A stretch of 64,000 nucleotides of DNA from Candidatus Woesearchaeota archaeon (GCA_018655525.1 JABIJM010000002.1:109575-173574); one strand, 5' to 3'; shown: positions 29,328-39,239, counted from the stretch's first letter. The notes: generated by a model from the sequence alone, not told the origin. Numbers and translations: made by a program.

Positions 29328-29913
29328 CTTTCTCATAACGTTTAGCTACTTTATCCCAGTTTATGATTTTCCAAAAACTTTCAATCCAGCTAACGCGATC
29401 AGGTCCCCATTTTTTGTAGTATGCATGTTCCCACACATCACAAAGTAAGATTGGTCGTAATCCTGGTGGAAAAGATTTCTGATGGTTCTCAACAGCAAAG
29501 ATGTGTAAACTTCCTTGTGGACATTTTGCGAGAACTCCCCATCCACTTCCTTCTACTGCTGCGGTTGCTGCTTTGAATTGTGCAACAAATTTATCCCAAG
29601 ATCCAAACCATTTTTCAATCGCTTCTAATAGGTCTCCTGAAGCTTTGTTGTCTTCTTTTCCTGGTTGCATGCTCTCCCAGAACATTTCATGAAAAAAATG
29701 GCCTGCGCCATGAAATGCAGATTCTCGTTCCCAATGTTTAATTAATGAGAAGTCTCCTGTTTCTCTTGCTTCTGCTAACTTCTTTGTTGCATTATTCAAT
29801 CCTTTCACATATCCTGCATGATGTTTACCATGGTGGATTTCTAATGTTTCTTTATCATAATATGGTTCTAATGCATCGTATGCATAGGGTAATTTTTTTA
29901 ATTCAAATTCCAT
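29314..29913 (-). CDS. sod: Superoxide dismutase (Fe/Mn family)
   Basis: LPYAYDALEPYYDKETLEIHHGKHH at the N-terminus and the DVWEHAYY metal-binding signature. Confidence 0.9.
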   Translation of the reverse strand: MEFELKKLPYAYDALEPYYDKETLEIHHGKHHAGYVKGLNNATKKLAEARETGDFSLIKHWERESAFHGAGHFFHEMFWESMQPGKEDNKASGDLLEAIEKWFGSWDKFVAQFKAATAAVEGSGWGVLAKCPQGSLHIFAVENHQKSFPPGLRPILLCDVWEHAYYKKWGPDRVSWIESFWKIINWDKVAKRYEKVKTA

Positions 29914-29914
29914 C

Positions 29915-30490
29915 TTATATTTTCCCCACTAAATCTAATCCTGGTTTTAAGGTTTTTTCACCAGGTTGCCAATTAGCTGGACATACTTCTCCGCCATTCT
30001 CACGAACGAATTGTGCAGCTTTTACTTTTCTAATCAATTCAGCTGAACTTCTCCCGATAGAATTATCATTTAATTCAAATGATTTTAAAACTCCGTCAGG
30101 ATCAATTATGAACGTTCCACGTAATGATAATCCTTCCATTGGAATCATTGTTCCATATGCATTACAAATTTGCCCTGCAGGGTCTGCAACCATTGGGAAT
30201 GTAATTTTTTTAATTGTTTCAGAAGCGTCATGCCATGCTTTATGAACAAACGCTGTGTCTGTACTTACAGAAAGAACTTCGCAATTTAATTCTTGCAATT
30301 CTGCATATTTATCTGCTAAATCTCCAAGTTCTGTTGGACAGATGAATGTAAAGTCTGCTGGATAAAAGAATAATACAACCCATTTCCCTTTATAATCGGA
30401 TAATTTCACTGTTTTTATTTGTTCTTCATGAAACGCCTGCGCTTCAAATGCTGGTGCTTCACCATTTATTTCTAATTTATTTGTTTCCAT
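29915..30490 (-). CDS. Typical 2-Cys peroxiredoxin (AhpC/Prx1 family)
   Basis: Peroxidatic Cys in FTFICPTE and resolving Cys in GEVCPANW. The start is taken at the internal Met (METNKLEING); the six-frame ORF extends to 30529 and would overlap fur. Confidence 0.85.
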   Translation of the reverse strand: METNKLEINGEAPAFEAQAFHEEQIKTVKLSDYKGKWVVLFFYPADFTFICPTELGDLADKYAELQELNCEVLSVSTDTAFVHKAWHDASETIKKITFPMVADPAGQICNAYGTMIPMEGLSLRGTFIIDPDGVLKSFELNDNSIGRSSAELIRKVKAAQFVRENGGEVCPANWQPGEKTLKPGLDLVGKI

Positions 30491-30500
30491 TTTTTCCTCC

Positions 30501-30881
30501 TTATGTGCAAGTTTTACAAATACCTTCACATTGAATGTTATATTTTGTGATTGCTAAGTTTGATTTTGCTAATTTTTTTTCTAAATATTTGTTTAAATCA
30601 TCTAAAAATAAATCTTTAATTATTTTACAATTCTCGCAAATAAAATGAAGATGTGGCATCAGATCTCCATCAAAATGATATTTTCCATTGATTTCTAGCT
30701 TCTTAGCTTTTTTTTCTTCTGTAAGAATATGTAAATTACGATACACGGTTGCTAATGTGATGTTGGGAAATTTGTGTTTTACCACATTAAAAACTTGTTC
30801 GGCGGTTGGATGTGTTTTAACCGATTGCAGGTGTTCGAGTATAATCTGTCGTTGAGGTGTGAATCTCCTATTAATAACCAT
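30501..30881 (-). CDS. Fur-family transcriptional regulator (PerR/Fur-like)
   Basis: A 126-aa protein with an N-terminal winged-helix region (LATVYRNLHILTEEK) and C-terminal CxxC...CxxC pairs (CENCK; CEGICKTC). It heads the prx-sod operon. Confidence 0.75.
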   Translation of the reverse strand: MVINRRFTPQRQIILEHLQSVKTHPTAEQVFNVVKHKFPNITLATVYRNLHILTEEKKAKKLEINGKYHFDGDLMPHLHFICENCKIIKDLFLDDLNKYLEKKLAKSNLAITKYNIQCEGICKTCT

Positions 30882-30951
30882 TATTGATAGTAAGCTTATT
30901 TAGTATATAAATCTTTTTATTTTAGTTAATAATGCTAACTTTTAGCATAAG

Positions 30952-30968
30952 TTTATAAAGGGCATCTT
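30952..30968. promoter_or_regulatory. AT-rich palindrome atgcta-N5-tagcat upstream of the fur-like gene; candidate Fur/PerR operator
   Basis: Read from the sequence in the fur/csp divergent intergenic region. The assignment is speculative. Confidence 0.25.
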
Positions 30969-31075
30969 TTTTCTACCCGTTAACAGATTTAGTTTACTAA
31001 GTTTGTTACAAAAATAGTAAAATGTGAGTAAGAAAATGAAAATTTTCAAACAAACATTTTTTAGGAGAACATAAA

Positions 31076-31270
31076 ATGAATGGAACAGTAAAATTTTTTA
31101 ACGAGAGTAAAGGATTCGGCTTCATTCAATCAGAAGATGGCAAAGAGTTTTTTGTGCATCAAACTGGATTGAAAGAAGGAGTAAGAATCAGAGATAACGA
31201 CGCAGTAACCTTTGATGTAGAAGAAGGAGACCGTGGTCCAAAAGCAGTTAACGTTGAATTAGCAAATTAA
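31076..31270 (+). CDS. Cold-shock domain protein (CspA family)
   Basis: MNGTVKFFNESKGFGFIQSEDGKEFFVHQTGL carries the RNP1-like KGFGFI motif. The 64-aa length is typical of bacterial-type Csp. Confidence 0.85.
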   Translation: MNGTVKFFNESKGFGFIQSEDGKEFFVHQTGLKEGVRIRDNDAVTFDVEEGDRGPKAVNVELAN

Positions 31271-31365
31271 TAATAAGAATCATACTTAATTTATAATAAT
31301 TTCAGCTTAATTTTTTTCTTTTTTTTTTAATTTTTTAAATTCTGAAAAAATAATAATAAAAATAT

Positions 31366-31701
31366 TTAATCTTCAGAAGTTTCTTCATCTAGATAATGTT
31401 CATCAATCTCTTTATCTTCTTCATCATCGACTGTTTCTACTTTAATAGTCACAGTTCCAGATTTAATTGTTGCTTGACACGCTAATCGATGTGTTTCATC
31501 ACGATCTTCCATTTCTTCTTCTTTTGCTGTTAATGGACCTAAATTATCTTCTCCTTCTTCAATAATAATTTTACAAGCTCCGCAAACTCCTTTTTTACAT
31601 CCAAAAGGAACACCTAATTCTTCACAGGCTGCTCTAATGTTGTCGCCATCTTTAACTTCTTCTCGTTTTTCACCTAGAATGATATTTGCCATCATAATCA
31701 C
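31366..31701 (-). CDS. 2Fe-2S ferredoxin (plant-type) with acidic termini
   Basis: C-x4-C-x2-C ... C pattern (GCKKGVCGACKI ... RLACQ). Confidence 0.7.
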   Translation of the reverse strand: MIMMANIILGEKREEVKDGDNIRAACEELGVPFGCKKGVCGACKIIIEEGEDNLGPLTAKEEEMEDRDETHRLACQATIKSGTVTIKVETVDDEEDKEIDEHYLDEETSED

Positions 31702-31762
31702 CTCATCTATAGAATTAAGAGGTGTTAAAAGATATATAAACGTTGTGGAAAATTGGCAATAC

Positions 31763-32140
31763 TTAACTTTTAACCTTTAAACTTACAACTGTTTTGTCTT
31801 TAAAATTTAGTGGTGCTTCCTGCACATACTTCTTTCCATATCTAAGAGCAAGTTCTGCTTTATAGAATTCTTTTCCAAGATAAGCTGCATGTTCCATCCT
31901 AGAAACAAGTTTCTCACGGATTACGGTATGATAAAGATCCATAGCATTTTTTCCTGTAACCATTTTAGAGATAACATGTTTACCTGTAACGTAACCTGCT
32001 TCAATCAGTTTTTTCTTATGATTTACTTTGATTAAAAAATATCCTTTAGGATCTTGATGCCATTCTTTGATAGGGTTATGGTGTGCTTCAATGGTTTCTT
32101 TGATGTTTGTAACTTGTTTCACCCATGTATACTTTGCCAT
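31763..32140 (-). CDS. Hypothetical protein
   Basis: ORF only. Confidence 0.35.
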   Translation of the reverse strand: MAKYTWVKQVTNIKETIEAHHNPIKEWHQDPKGYFLIKVNHKKKLIEAGYVTGKHVISKMVTGKNAMDLYHTVIREKLVSRMEHAAYLGKEFYKAELALRYGKKYVQEAPLNFKDKTVVSLKVKS

Positions 32141-32238
32141 CTTGATTAAAAAACTATTTTCCTTTATAACTGTTTTGTAACATCTATTTTAAAAAATGTA
32201 CAAAAAGATTAATAAGTTCAAGGGCATTTCTAACTCAT

Positions 32239-33384
32239 ATGAAAAAAGAGATTATTGTTTTAAGTGATATTGAACTAGGCGCAGGAAATCTTACGGATGA
32301 TTTTATTAGCGATAAAACACTTGCAAAATTTATAAAATCATTAAAAGGACGTAATCATCCAGTTGATTTAATTTTAAATGGAGACATCATAGATTTTTTG
32401 AAATGTCCTTATATTCAAAACGAGAAATATTCTTATCCGCGGCATGTTTCTGAAGAAATTTCTTTGGTAAAATTACAAACAGTTTATGATGCTCATTCAT
32501 TAGTTTTTGATGCATTGAAAGAATTTGGAAGACCTGATAAAAACAAAATTTATTTTGTGATTGGAAATCACGATCATGATTTGTATTTTAAAGGCGTTCA
32601 AAAAGCAATCAAGCGATTGATTAACAAAAAGAAAGGTGTATATTTCCCATTACGTTATAAACAACATAGCGTATGGGTAGAACATGGTCATCAACATGAT
32701 TTCTTAAATAAAACAAATCATAAAAAACCGTTTGATTGGTATCTTGGAAAAAAAATATTGAATTACCCGTGGGTTTCTTTTGGTGTTATTAGTAGGGCTT
32801 TAATCATGAAGGAAGAACATCCTTTTATGGAACGGATAAAACCATACCCTTTATTATTCAAACATCACAAAGTTGTAATTAGAAAAATATCACGAGGTGC
32901 ATTAGAATATGCATTGAAAAGTTTTCTTTATTATCCTTTACGATTTTTTAGGGATCCAACATACCGTATGCCACGAGATTTCGTGATGGAATTTTATACG
33001 AGATTTAGAAATGGAAATTGGGATATTGAAGACATTACAGATAATTTTAAACGAAAGAAAAAAAATAAGATGAGGGACTATAGGCTATATGTTTTTGGTC
33101 ACACTCATGAAAAATTGATTGAAGAGAAAGATGGATGGGCAATCGCAATTCCCGATACATGGCGAGATGAATATACTATGGATCCAATGACAAAAGAGTT
33201 AATTCCTAAAACAAAGAAGTATGTCCAGGTATTTGTGAGTAATGATGATCAAATTGCATGGGAAATGCAAGAGATTAAAGTTAAACGAAAACCTCTTTTC
33301 TTTAATGATGTTATAAAGGAAGAGATTAAATACATTAAACTTGTTGCAAAGGATGAAGGATTTGTTTCTAGAGTTTTAAAGTAA
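32239..33384 (+). CDS. Calcineurin-like metallophosphoesterase
   Basis: Phosphoesterase motifs are present: LSDIELGAGN (D-x-H/G-like), LNGDIIDF, GNHDHD and a later GHTHE. Confidence 0.7.
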   Translation: MKKEIIVLSDIELGAGNLTDDFISDKTLAKFIKSLKGRNHPVDLILNGDIIDFLKCPYIQNEKYSYPRHVSEEISLVKLQTVYDAHSLVFDALKEFGRPDKNKIYFVIGNHDHDLYFKGVQKAIKRLINKKKGVYFPLRYKQHSVWVEHGHQHDFLNKTNHKKPFDWYLGKKILNYPWVSFGVISRALIMKEEHPFMERIKPYPLLFKHHKVVIRKISRGALEYALKSFLYYPLRFFRDPTYRMPRDFVMEFYTRFRNGNWDIEDITDNFKRKKKNKMRDYRLYVFGHTHEKLIEEKDGWAIAIPDTWRDEYTMDPMTKELIPKTKKYVQVFVSNDDQIAWEMQEIKVKRKPLFFNDVIKEEIKYIKLVAKDEGFVSRVLK

Positions 33385-33422
33385 TGTCAACTCTGTCTAG
33401 AAGGTTACAAAAATGTATACTA

Positions 33423-33445
33423 CGTGCCGGCACGATTATTTTTTC
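33423..33445 (+). terminator. Perfect 12-bp palindrome cgtgccggcacg followed by a T-run; candidate transcript-end signal for the phosphoesterase gene
   Basis: Read from the sequence. A GC-rich palindrome in an AT-rich genome, 39 nt after the stop, followed by ttatttttt. Confidence 0.35.
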
Positions 33446-33552
33446 TAGAAAAAGAAAAAATGTGCCTATTGCAGGTAGTATACAAAATAGAAATTTTCTG
33501 GACAGCACAGTAATGTCATAAACTTTATATATCATCAAGATAAAATTATGCT

Positions 33553-34161
33553 GTGAAAGAAAATTTAGAACAGAAAATTGATGAAAATCAAAATCATATT
33601 CTTATGGGGAAAGCATTAGCAGATTCTCTTAGAAATTCTATTGAACAAGTTCAGAAAGAGATTAAAAAATCTAAAAAACCGATTGATCAAAAATTAAAAA
33701 AGATTCTTAAAAAAGTTAAAATCAAAAAGAAAGAAGAAAAAGAAGTTAAAGTTGAAAGTGACGATGACATTTTAGAGATATCTAAGGATGATATTAAAGT
33801 AACATACGGAAACAAAGAAAATTTTGAAGGTATCTCTTATGCTGATTCTTCACCTGTAAGTTATTCAGATGTGATGTACGGTAATGATAAATCTCATTTC
33901 GGTTCTGAAGAGGATGGGTTCTATGAAGCACAAACAAAACAAGAGATGGAACTTGCTGAAACCATGAATGATGATGAAGCAGAAATTACAGTTAAAGATG
34001 TGCAATATGCAACTGTTATGGGTCAACAGGTGGATGTTGATATTAATGCACGAAAACGTTTTTCGACATGGTTAACTGCTGGTCAGAATAATCATATGTT
34101 GGCATACTTTGAAATTGTCCATGGAATTACACGAGATGTTGATTATAATGTTAAGAATTAA
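33553..34161 (+). CDS. Hypothetical protein (GTG start), Lys/Glu-rich N-terminal half
   Basis: ORF only. Confidence 0.35.
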   Translation: MKENLEQKIDENQNHILMGKALADSLRNSIEQVQKEIKKSKKPIDQKLKKILKKVKIKKKEEKEVKVESDDDILEISKDDIKVTYGNKENFEGISYADSSPVSYSDVMYGNDKSHFGSEEDGFYEAQTKQEMELAETMNDDEAEITVKDVQYATVMGQQVDVDINARKRFSTWLTAGQNNHMLAYFEIVHGITRDVDYNVKN

Positions 34162-34163
34162 TT

Positions 34164-34922
34164 CTATTTCCACATATCAACAATTTCTTCTTCAGAGAAA
34201 TGCATTTTACCAGGAATAATCAAACTATGTAGTGGTTTACCAAAATCTACTTCTTTCAATTGCTTCAAGGTTCCTGAAATAATTTTGAAATCACTGCATC
34301 CTAATCTTGCACAACCAATGGCAAATGTATCATCTGAAATCACATTCTCAGAAACTCGTGATTCAATATCTTCCATAACTTCAATTGCTTGTTTAACAGT
34401 CATAAATCGTTCCTGTTCAACTTTTATGTCTAATAACAACAAAGTGTGTGCACCGATCTTTTGATTCTGTTGTAGGATTCTATAAGGTGTTTCTAGTTGT
34501 GGGAAATCATCTAGGAAAGGAATGGATGTTGTTTTTCCGAATTTGTATAATTGTAATCCTGTTTGACCAATTGCAGTGAGAATTGAGGCATTGTGAATCA
34601 CATCTACTTTAACGCCTTCATCTTTTGCAATTTTAAATAATGCTGTATGTGTGGTTGCTGAGAATGGATCTCCAATTACAAGGAATGCAACATTTTCTGT
34701 TTTTGCTTGCGCAACAATTTTTTCCATACCTTGTTCAGATGTGTTTCTATCAGCTAATGTGATTTCTCTATCATAGAATTTTGCTAAATCATGGAATGAA
34801 CATTGTAGTAATGATGTATATCGTTCTAGGTAAACTTCATCACATGATTTGACTAGTTCTAATCCTTTGACTGTAATGTCTTCTGGTCCGTTCAATCCTA
34901 ATCCTATGATGTATAATGTCAT
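34164..34922 (-). CDS. dph5: Diphthine synthase (EF-2 diphthamide biosynthesis methyltransferase)
   Basis: MTLYIIGLGLNGPEDITVKGLELVKSCDEVYLERYTS is the tetrapyrrole-methylase-fold N-terminus typical of diphthine synthase. The length is 252 aa. Confidence 0.85.
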   Translation of the reverse strand: MTLYIIGLGLNGPEDITVKGLELVKSCDEVYLERYTSLLQCSFHDLAKFYDREITLADRNTSEQGMEKIVAQAKTENVAFLVIGDPFSATTHTALFKIAKDEGVKVDVIHNASILTAIGQTGLQLYKFGKTTSIPFLDDFPQLETPYRILQQNQKIGAHTLLLLDIKVEQERFMTVKQAIEVMEDIESRVSENVISDDTFAIGCARLGCSDFKIISGTLKQLKEVDFGKPLHSLIIPGKMHFSEEEIVDMWK

Positions 34923-35437
34923 TATTTAATCCCATACACAACGATTCGTGCATCCTTCATATCGTCAAACCCTACTTGAACAGATGAATCCCAGATAAAA
35001 ATGTTTCCTTCAGTAAGTTCTACAGGTACATGCATGCCATTATTCTTATATTCAAGAGTTGGTGTTCCTTGTAAAACTACGCATGCGGTTAACCCTTCTT
35101 TTGAATTTTGAATTTTTTCTAAAAAGATATTTGTTGAATCATATAATCTTATCTCTCCAATTCTTCCAGTTGATGCTCCATGCTCTTGATATAATCTTCG
35201 CATTGGTACGCTTGCAATTTCTTCTATAAGATCATAACAATCATTAATTCTTTCATACGTTCTTAGGTTACATATTCCATGATCATAAGAAACTTTTTTT
35301 GCAATAATTTCTCTCATCCAATCAATTCTATCTTCAAGATGAGACGTATTAATTCGTTGTGCTAATTGTGTTTCTTCTTCAGGTTCTACTAACCTTAAAT
35401 GTTGTTGTGGGTGTGGTAATATTCTTGCTAATGTCAT
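34922..35437 (-). CDS. Hypothetical cupin-like protein encoded between elp3 and dph5
   Basis: Its start and stop codons overlap both neighbours. The C-terminal beta-barrel-like segment has cupin-like composition. Family not recognised. Confidence 0.4.
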   Translation of the reverse strand: MTLARILPHPQQHLRLVEPEEETQLAQRINTSHLEDRIDWMREIIAKKVSYDHGICNLRTYERINDCYDLIEEIASVPMRRLYQEHGASTGRIGEIRLYDSTNIFLEKIQNSKEGLTACVVLQGTPTLEYKNNGMHVPVELTEGNIFIWDSSVQVGFDDMKDARIVVYGIK

Positions 35438-37110
35438 AGTTTTTTGACCATATATGGTCCCTCCTTGGTATATCTTAATTTTTGTTCGTAATATTTACGA
35501 ACACCTACACCACTGATCACCACAATCTTTTTCTTTCCATGTTCTTTTGAAATTTCTTCTGCTTTCTGCATTAATTTTTGTCCCCATCCTTTATGTTGGA
35601 CTTGCCCTTTATTACCAAGAGCTGTAGCGGTTCCATACACATGTAATTCACGGATTAACGCTGAATCTTTTGTAATTTCTTCACGTAATAATTCTTTAGG
35701 AAATCGTAATCTACAAAATCCTATAATAATATCTTGGCTAACATCTTCTGCTGCAATGAAAAATTCTTTACTTCCAGATGCGTTAAATTCTATGATTTTT
35801 AATTCTACTTTATCCCAATTGATTATTCTTCCTTTTGGTTCTCTTGCTCTAATATCTCTGCTCTTAACGCCATATGTTTGATCCATATATTGTCTAAGGT
35901 TGGTTCTATCCACACCTGCTTCCCAATATTTTGTTGGAACATCTCGTTGTACACGTTGAATCCTACAATATTCTGGAATGTCTGGGATAATTTCTGCGAT
36001 TCTTTTCGCAGCTTCATCTGTCGTGATTGGTTGAAATTCTCCTTTTTTGAATTTGTGATATAAAGGAGTTCCTTCTGCAACCATACATGGATAAAATTTA
36101 ATCATATCTGGTTTGTAATCTGGATTGAAAAATAATTCGCGCATTCCTTTTACATCTCGTTCTTCATCTGTTAATGGAAGTCCTGGCATGTAATGGAAAT
36201 TAATTTTGAATCCTAAGTCACGTAGAACTTGAATTGATTTGATTGAAATAGCTGAATCATGTCCTCTATGGACTTCTTTTAAAACATCATTATACACAGA
36301 TTGGATTCCTAATTCTACTCTTGTGCATCCTTGACGTAACATTTCATTTCCTTCTTTGAGTAATCCCCAATCAGGTTTTGTTTCAATACATAATGCAACA
36401 CATCGAACATGGGATGATTCGTTACGTAATTGTTCTTCTTCTAATGAAATAATATTTTTTGGTTTCATTTCTAATAATTTTGATTTTATGTTTGAAGCTC
36501 TTTCTTTGCTATACATTTCTCCTGGCAATTCAAAGAACCTTTTGAATTTCGGAAAATCAAATTTTCCATTTTCAAAGAATGTATCTGAGAAATCGTTCAT
36601 TGCTTTGAACGTTCCAAGAATAAATTCTTCTTGATATTCTTGAGCTGCTGCTGTAAACGTTCCACCCATAACAATGATTTCAATTTTATCAAATGTGTGA
36701 CCGAGTAAAACATATTGTTCTAATCTGTTGAATACTTGAAGATACGCATCATAATCGTTTCTCATCCCACGCATTGTAGCTGGTTCATGTCCTGTATATG
36801 ATTGTGGCACATCTCCCCATGGGCTGTTAATACCACCTGGACAGTATGTACACTTTCCATGAGGACATCTGCTTGGTGCAGTCATAATTGCGACTGGAGA
36901 AACTCCTGAAATAGTTCTTGTAGGTTTCGTAAGTAACTTTGCCTTTACTAAAGAAACTTGATCATCTGGGATGTGAAGAAGGATATCGATGTTTGATGGA
37001 ATTGTTTTGAGACTATGTGTATTTGCAATTTCCATCTTTTTAGTCGTCCATTTTTTCATATCAAATGAATCGTCTTTGAGTACAGGGATGATATCTTCGT
37101 AAAATGTCAT
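35434..37110 (-). CDS. elp3: Elp3-family radical SAM/GNAT tRNA wobble-uridine modification enzyme
   Basis: Radical SAM cluster motif (SRCPHGKCTYCPGG), then SYTGHEPATMRGMRNDYDAY as in eukaryotic and archaeal Elp3, and a C-terminal GNAT-like region (QHKGWGQKLM). Confidence 0.85.
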   Translation of the reverse strand: MTFYEDIIPVLKDDSFDMKKWTTKKMEIANTHSLKTIPSNIDILLHIPDDQVSLVKAKLLTKPTRTISGVSPVAIMTAPSRCPHGKCTYCPGGINSPWGDVPQSYTGHEPATMRGMRNDYDAYLQVFNRLEQYVLLGHTFDKIEIIVMGGTFTAAAQEYQEEFILGTFKAMNDFSDTFFENGKFDFPKFKRFFELPGEMYSKERASNIKSKLLEMKPKNIISLEEEQLRNESSHVRCVALCIETKPDWGLLKEGNEMLRQGCTRVELGIQSVYNDVLKEVHRGHDSAISIKSIQVLRDLGFKINFHYMPGLPLTDEERDVKGMRELFFNPDYKPDMIKFYPCMVAEGTPLYHKFKKGEFQPITTDEAAKRIAEIIPDIPEYCRIQRVQRDVPTKYWEAGVDRTNLRQYMDQTYGVKSRDIRAREPKGRIINWDKVELKIIEFNASGSKEFFIAAEDVSQDIIIGFCRLRFPKELLREEITKDSALIRELHVYGTATALGNKGQVQHKGWGQKLMQKAEEISKEHGKKKIVVISGVGVRKYYEQKLRYTKEGPYMVKKL

Positions 37111-37451
37111 TGTATTAATTTTGTTAAATTATAACTAGCTGCAAATAATACTGTGCCTTTCATTGCTCCAGTAAGAACCCCACCAACAAAAGCATCAAAA
37201 TATAATATTTTGGTCGCAAATCTATTTTCATCTTGCGTAGAATCTGAGGTAAATGCCGTATATCCATATGTTTGAAAATGAGATGTAATTTTATAGGCCG
37301 TTCTTTCTATGGTTGGAACCATAACTCCAATGGTACCTAATGATGCTAATGATTCTGCATCAACTTGTGTAGCTAATAAACCACAAGCTACTGGAACTAT
37401 ATATCCTGCAGTACCTTCAATTAATTTAGATATTAAACTCATCCTATTCAT
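37107..37451 (-). CDS. Hypothetical Gly/Ala-rich small protein
   Basis: ORF overlapping the elp3 start by 4 nt. Confidence 0.35.
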   Translation of the reverse strand: MNRMSLISKLIEGTAGYIVPVACGLLATQVDAESLASLGTIGVMVPTIERTAYKITSHFQTYGYTAFTSDSTQDENRFATKILYFDAFVGGVLTGAMKGTVLFAASYNLTKLIQ

Positions 37452-37532
37452 AACTAGAAAGTGACGTATTTATAAAGCTTCTTCTTAAAACACACAAAAT
37501 ACTTTTATAAGACTATACAAAATTCATTAAAT

Positions 37533-38504
37533 ATGTCAGAATTAAAGCAAGAAGTCTATAAACATTTGATGTTTAAAGTCTATTTCCTTAACTCAGGAAT
37601 AGAGCCAACGGAAGAATGGGAGAAGAATCATTTTCCATTTACATATGTTACGCGTCAAAATTCAGGTCTTGATGTACTTACTGTGGGTACAGAATTATTT
37701 TCAGATGTTAGAGTAAATAATTATGAAGCTAATGTTCCCTTAGGTCAATTTTCATGGGATAATGTTCTTTGTTATGAAGCTTTTGAGGATGTAGAAATTG
37801 ATGGAGAGATATTACCTTCTGGTGCAAAGGTGCCACTTTTTGATGAACAAACAATTAGATTAGCATTAGCTCCAGATAGAAGATTAATTGATGTTACAAC
37901 TTTAAAATTTGAGGATAGGGGTACTTCTTTGTTGAAGGTATTTCTACGTAATCCTGGATATAATTCAAATGAAGATTTAATTTATTTACCGCGATCAGAA
38001 TCAAAAGAGGCTCTTGTCGTTCCTATAAATGAAAGACGTGAACGGTTATATACTCTTGTTCCCCCCTCTTATAATTCTGATTCTTTAGCTTCTTTAGGAA
38101 CAGAAATCAAACAATTTGAGTTAGATTCACTCGTTTCAAAATATGCTGGTGAAGATGATAAAGCATTGAAACTTCTTGAATATGCCCATAGTAGAAATAA
38201 ATTAGGTTTAGTCATGAGTCTTCTTAAAAAAGGAACAGAAGAAAAAAGTGATCCAACAAGTTCAAAGTTAGTTGCACTTTCAAGTTGTTATAAAGCACTT
38301 GAATTAGAAGAACCAGATAAAACAACAGCACATCCAGTTGTAACATCTTTGCGGGTAACAGGATCAGGCCCTAGAAGGTCAGAAAGAGCAGTTCATAGTG
38401 ATACAGATCTTTCCATAGATGACTTAGAAGCAAAGTTACGAATACAATTTAATGAACCAGCGCCAGAAGTAACAGTTCAAGTTGGTGTTGTTGAGGAAGA
38501 TTGA
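37533..38504 (+). CDS. Hypothetical protein
   Basis: A 323-aa ORF with no recognised motif. Confidence 0.4.
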   Translation: MSELKQEVYKHLMFKVYFLNSGIEPTEEWEKNHFPFTYVTRQNSGLDVLTVGTELFSDVRVNNYEANVPLGQFSWDNVLCYEAFEDVEIDGEILPSGAKVPLFDEQTIRLALAPDRRLIDVTTLKFEDRGTSLLKVFLRNPGYNSNEDLIYLPRSESKEALVVPINERRERLYTLVPPSYNSDSLASLGTEIKQFELDSLVSKYAGEDDKALKLLEYAHSRNKLGLVMSLLKKGTEEKSDPTSSKLVALSSCYKALELEEPDKTTAHPVVTSLRVTGSGPRRSERAVHSDTDLSIDDLEAKLRIQFNEPAPEVTVQVGVVEED

Positions 38505-38596
38505 AATTTTCTCATTGAAACCTATCAAAATTTACATTTTGGACTTTCCTAACTTTGTACGGAAAGTTTATAAATGAACCCTTTCTCTACCCTCCT

Positions 38597-38887
38597 ATGG
38601 TTACTAGAATAGGTACAAAACAACGGAAAACACGGCATAAATTAAGCCAACCTTATAGAAAAAAAGGTAAAATTTCAATACGTCAGTATTTCCAAGAATT
38701 TGCAGTAGGAGATAAAGCAAACTTAAAAATACATCCTTCAGTACAAAAAGGACGATTTTTCCCACGATTTCATGGTTTAACAGGAAATATCACAGGAAAA
38801 ATGAAAGGTCAATGTTACGAAGTAATTATCAAAGATGGTGGAAAAACAAAAGCATTATTTATTCACCCAATTCACTTAAAAAAATAA
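38597..38887 (+). CDS. rpl21e: 50S ribosomal protein L21e
   Basis: RIGTKQRKTRHKLSQ...FAVGDKANLKIHPSVQKGRFFPRFHGLTGNITG matches the eL21 family. The start is taken at the internal Met; the six-frame ORF begins at 38555. Confidence 0.8.
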   Translation: MVTRIGTKQRKTRHKLSQPYRKKGKISIRQYFQEFAVGDKANLKIHPSVQKGRFFPRFHGLTGNITGKMKGQCYEVIIKDGGKTKALFIHPIHLKK

Positions 38888-38891
38888 AAAA

Positions 38892-39239
38892 ATGGCAAAC
38901 CCAATATTTGTGGAAGAGAACACATTATCTTTACAAGAGGTAAAGTCAATCCTAAACAAAGTAGCTAAAAGAGATACAGAATTAAATTATCGTTCAAACA
39001 AAGCAAAGGAATTCGTTGAAAACTTTGCTAATTCTTTAAATGAAAAACAAAAAGATGAGTTGCTTGAAAAACTCAAAGGTCTTGGTCTCACAAGGTTACG
39101 AGAAGAACATATGAAAAAAATCATTGACTTCCTTCCAACCACGGTTGATGACTTGAGATCTGTTCTTCAAGCATATCCATTAAGTATGCCGAAAAAAGAT
39201 CAAGAAGCGATCGTTGGCGCTGTGAAGGGATTCGCATAA
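38892..39239 (+). CDS. rpoF: DNA-directed RNA polymerase subunit F (Rpb4 homolog)
   Basis: A 115-aa helical protein immediately downstream of rpl21e, as in the conserved archaeal L21e-RpoF-DUF655 operon. Sequence similarity is weak, so the call rests mainly on synteny. Confidence 0.6.
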   Translation: MANPIFVEENTLSLQEVKSILNKVAKRDTELNYRSNKAKEFVENFANSLNEKQKDELLEKLKGLGLTRLREEHMKKIIDFLPTTVDDLRSVLQAYPLSMPKKDQEAIVGAVKGFA

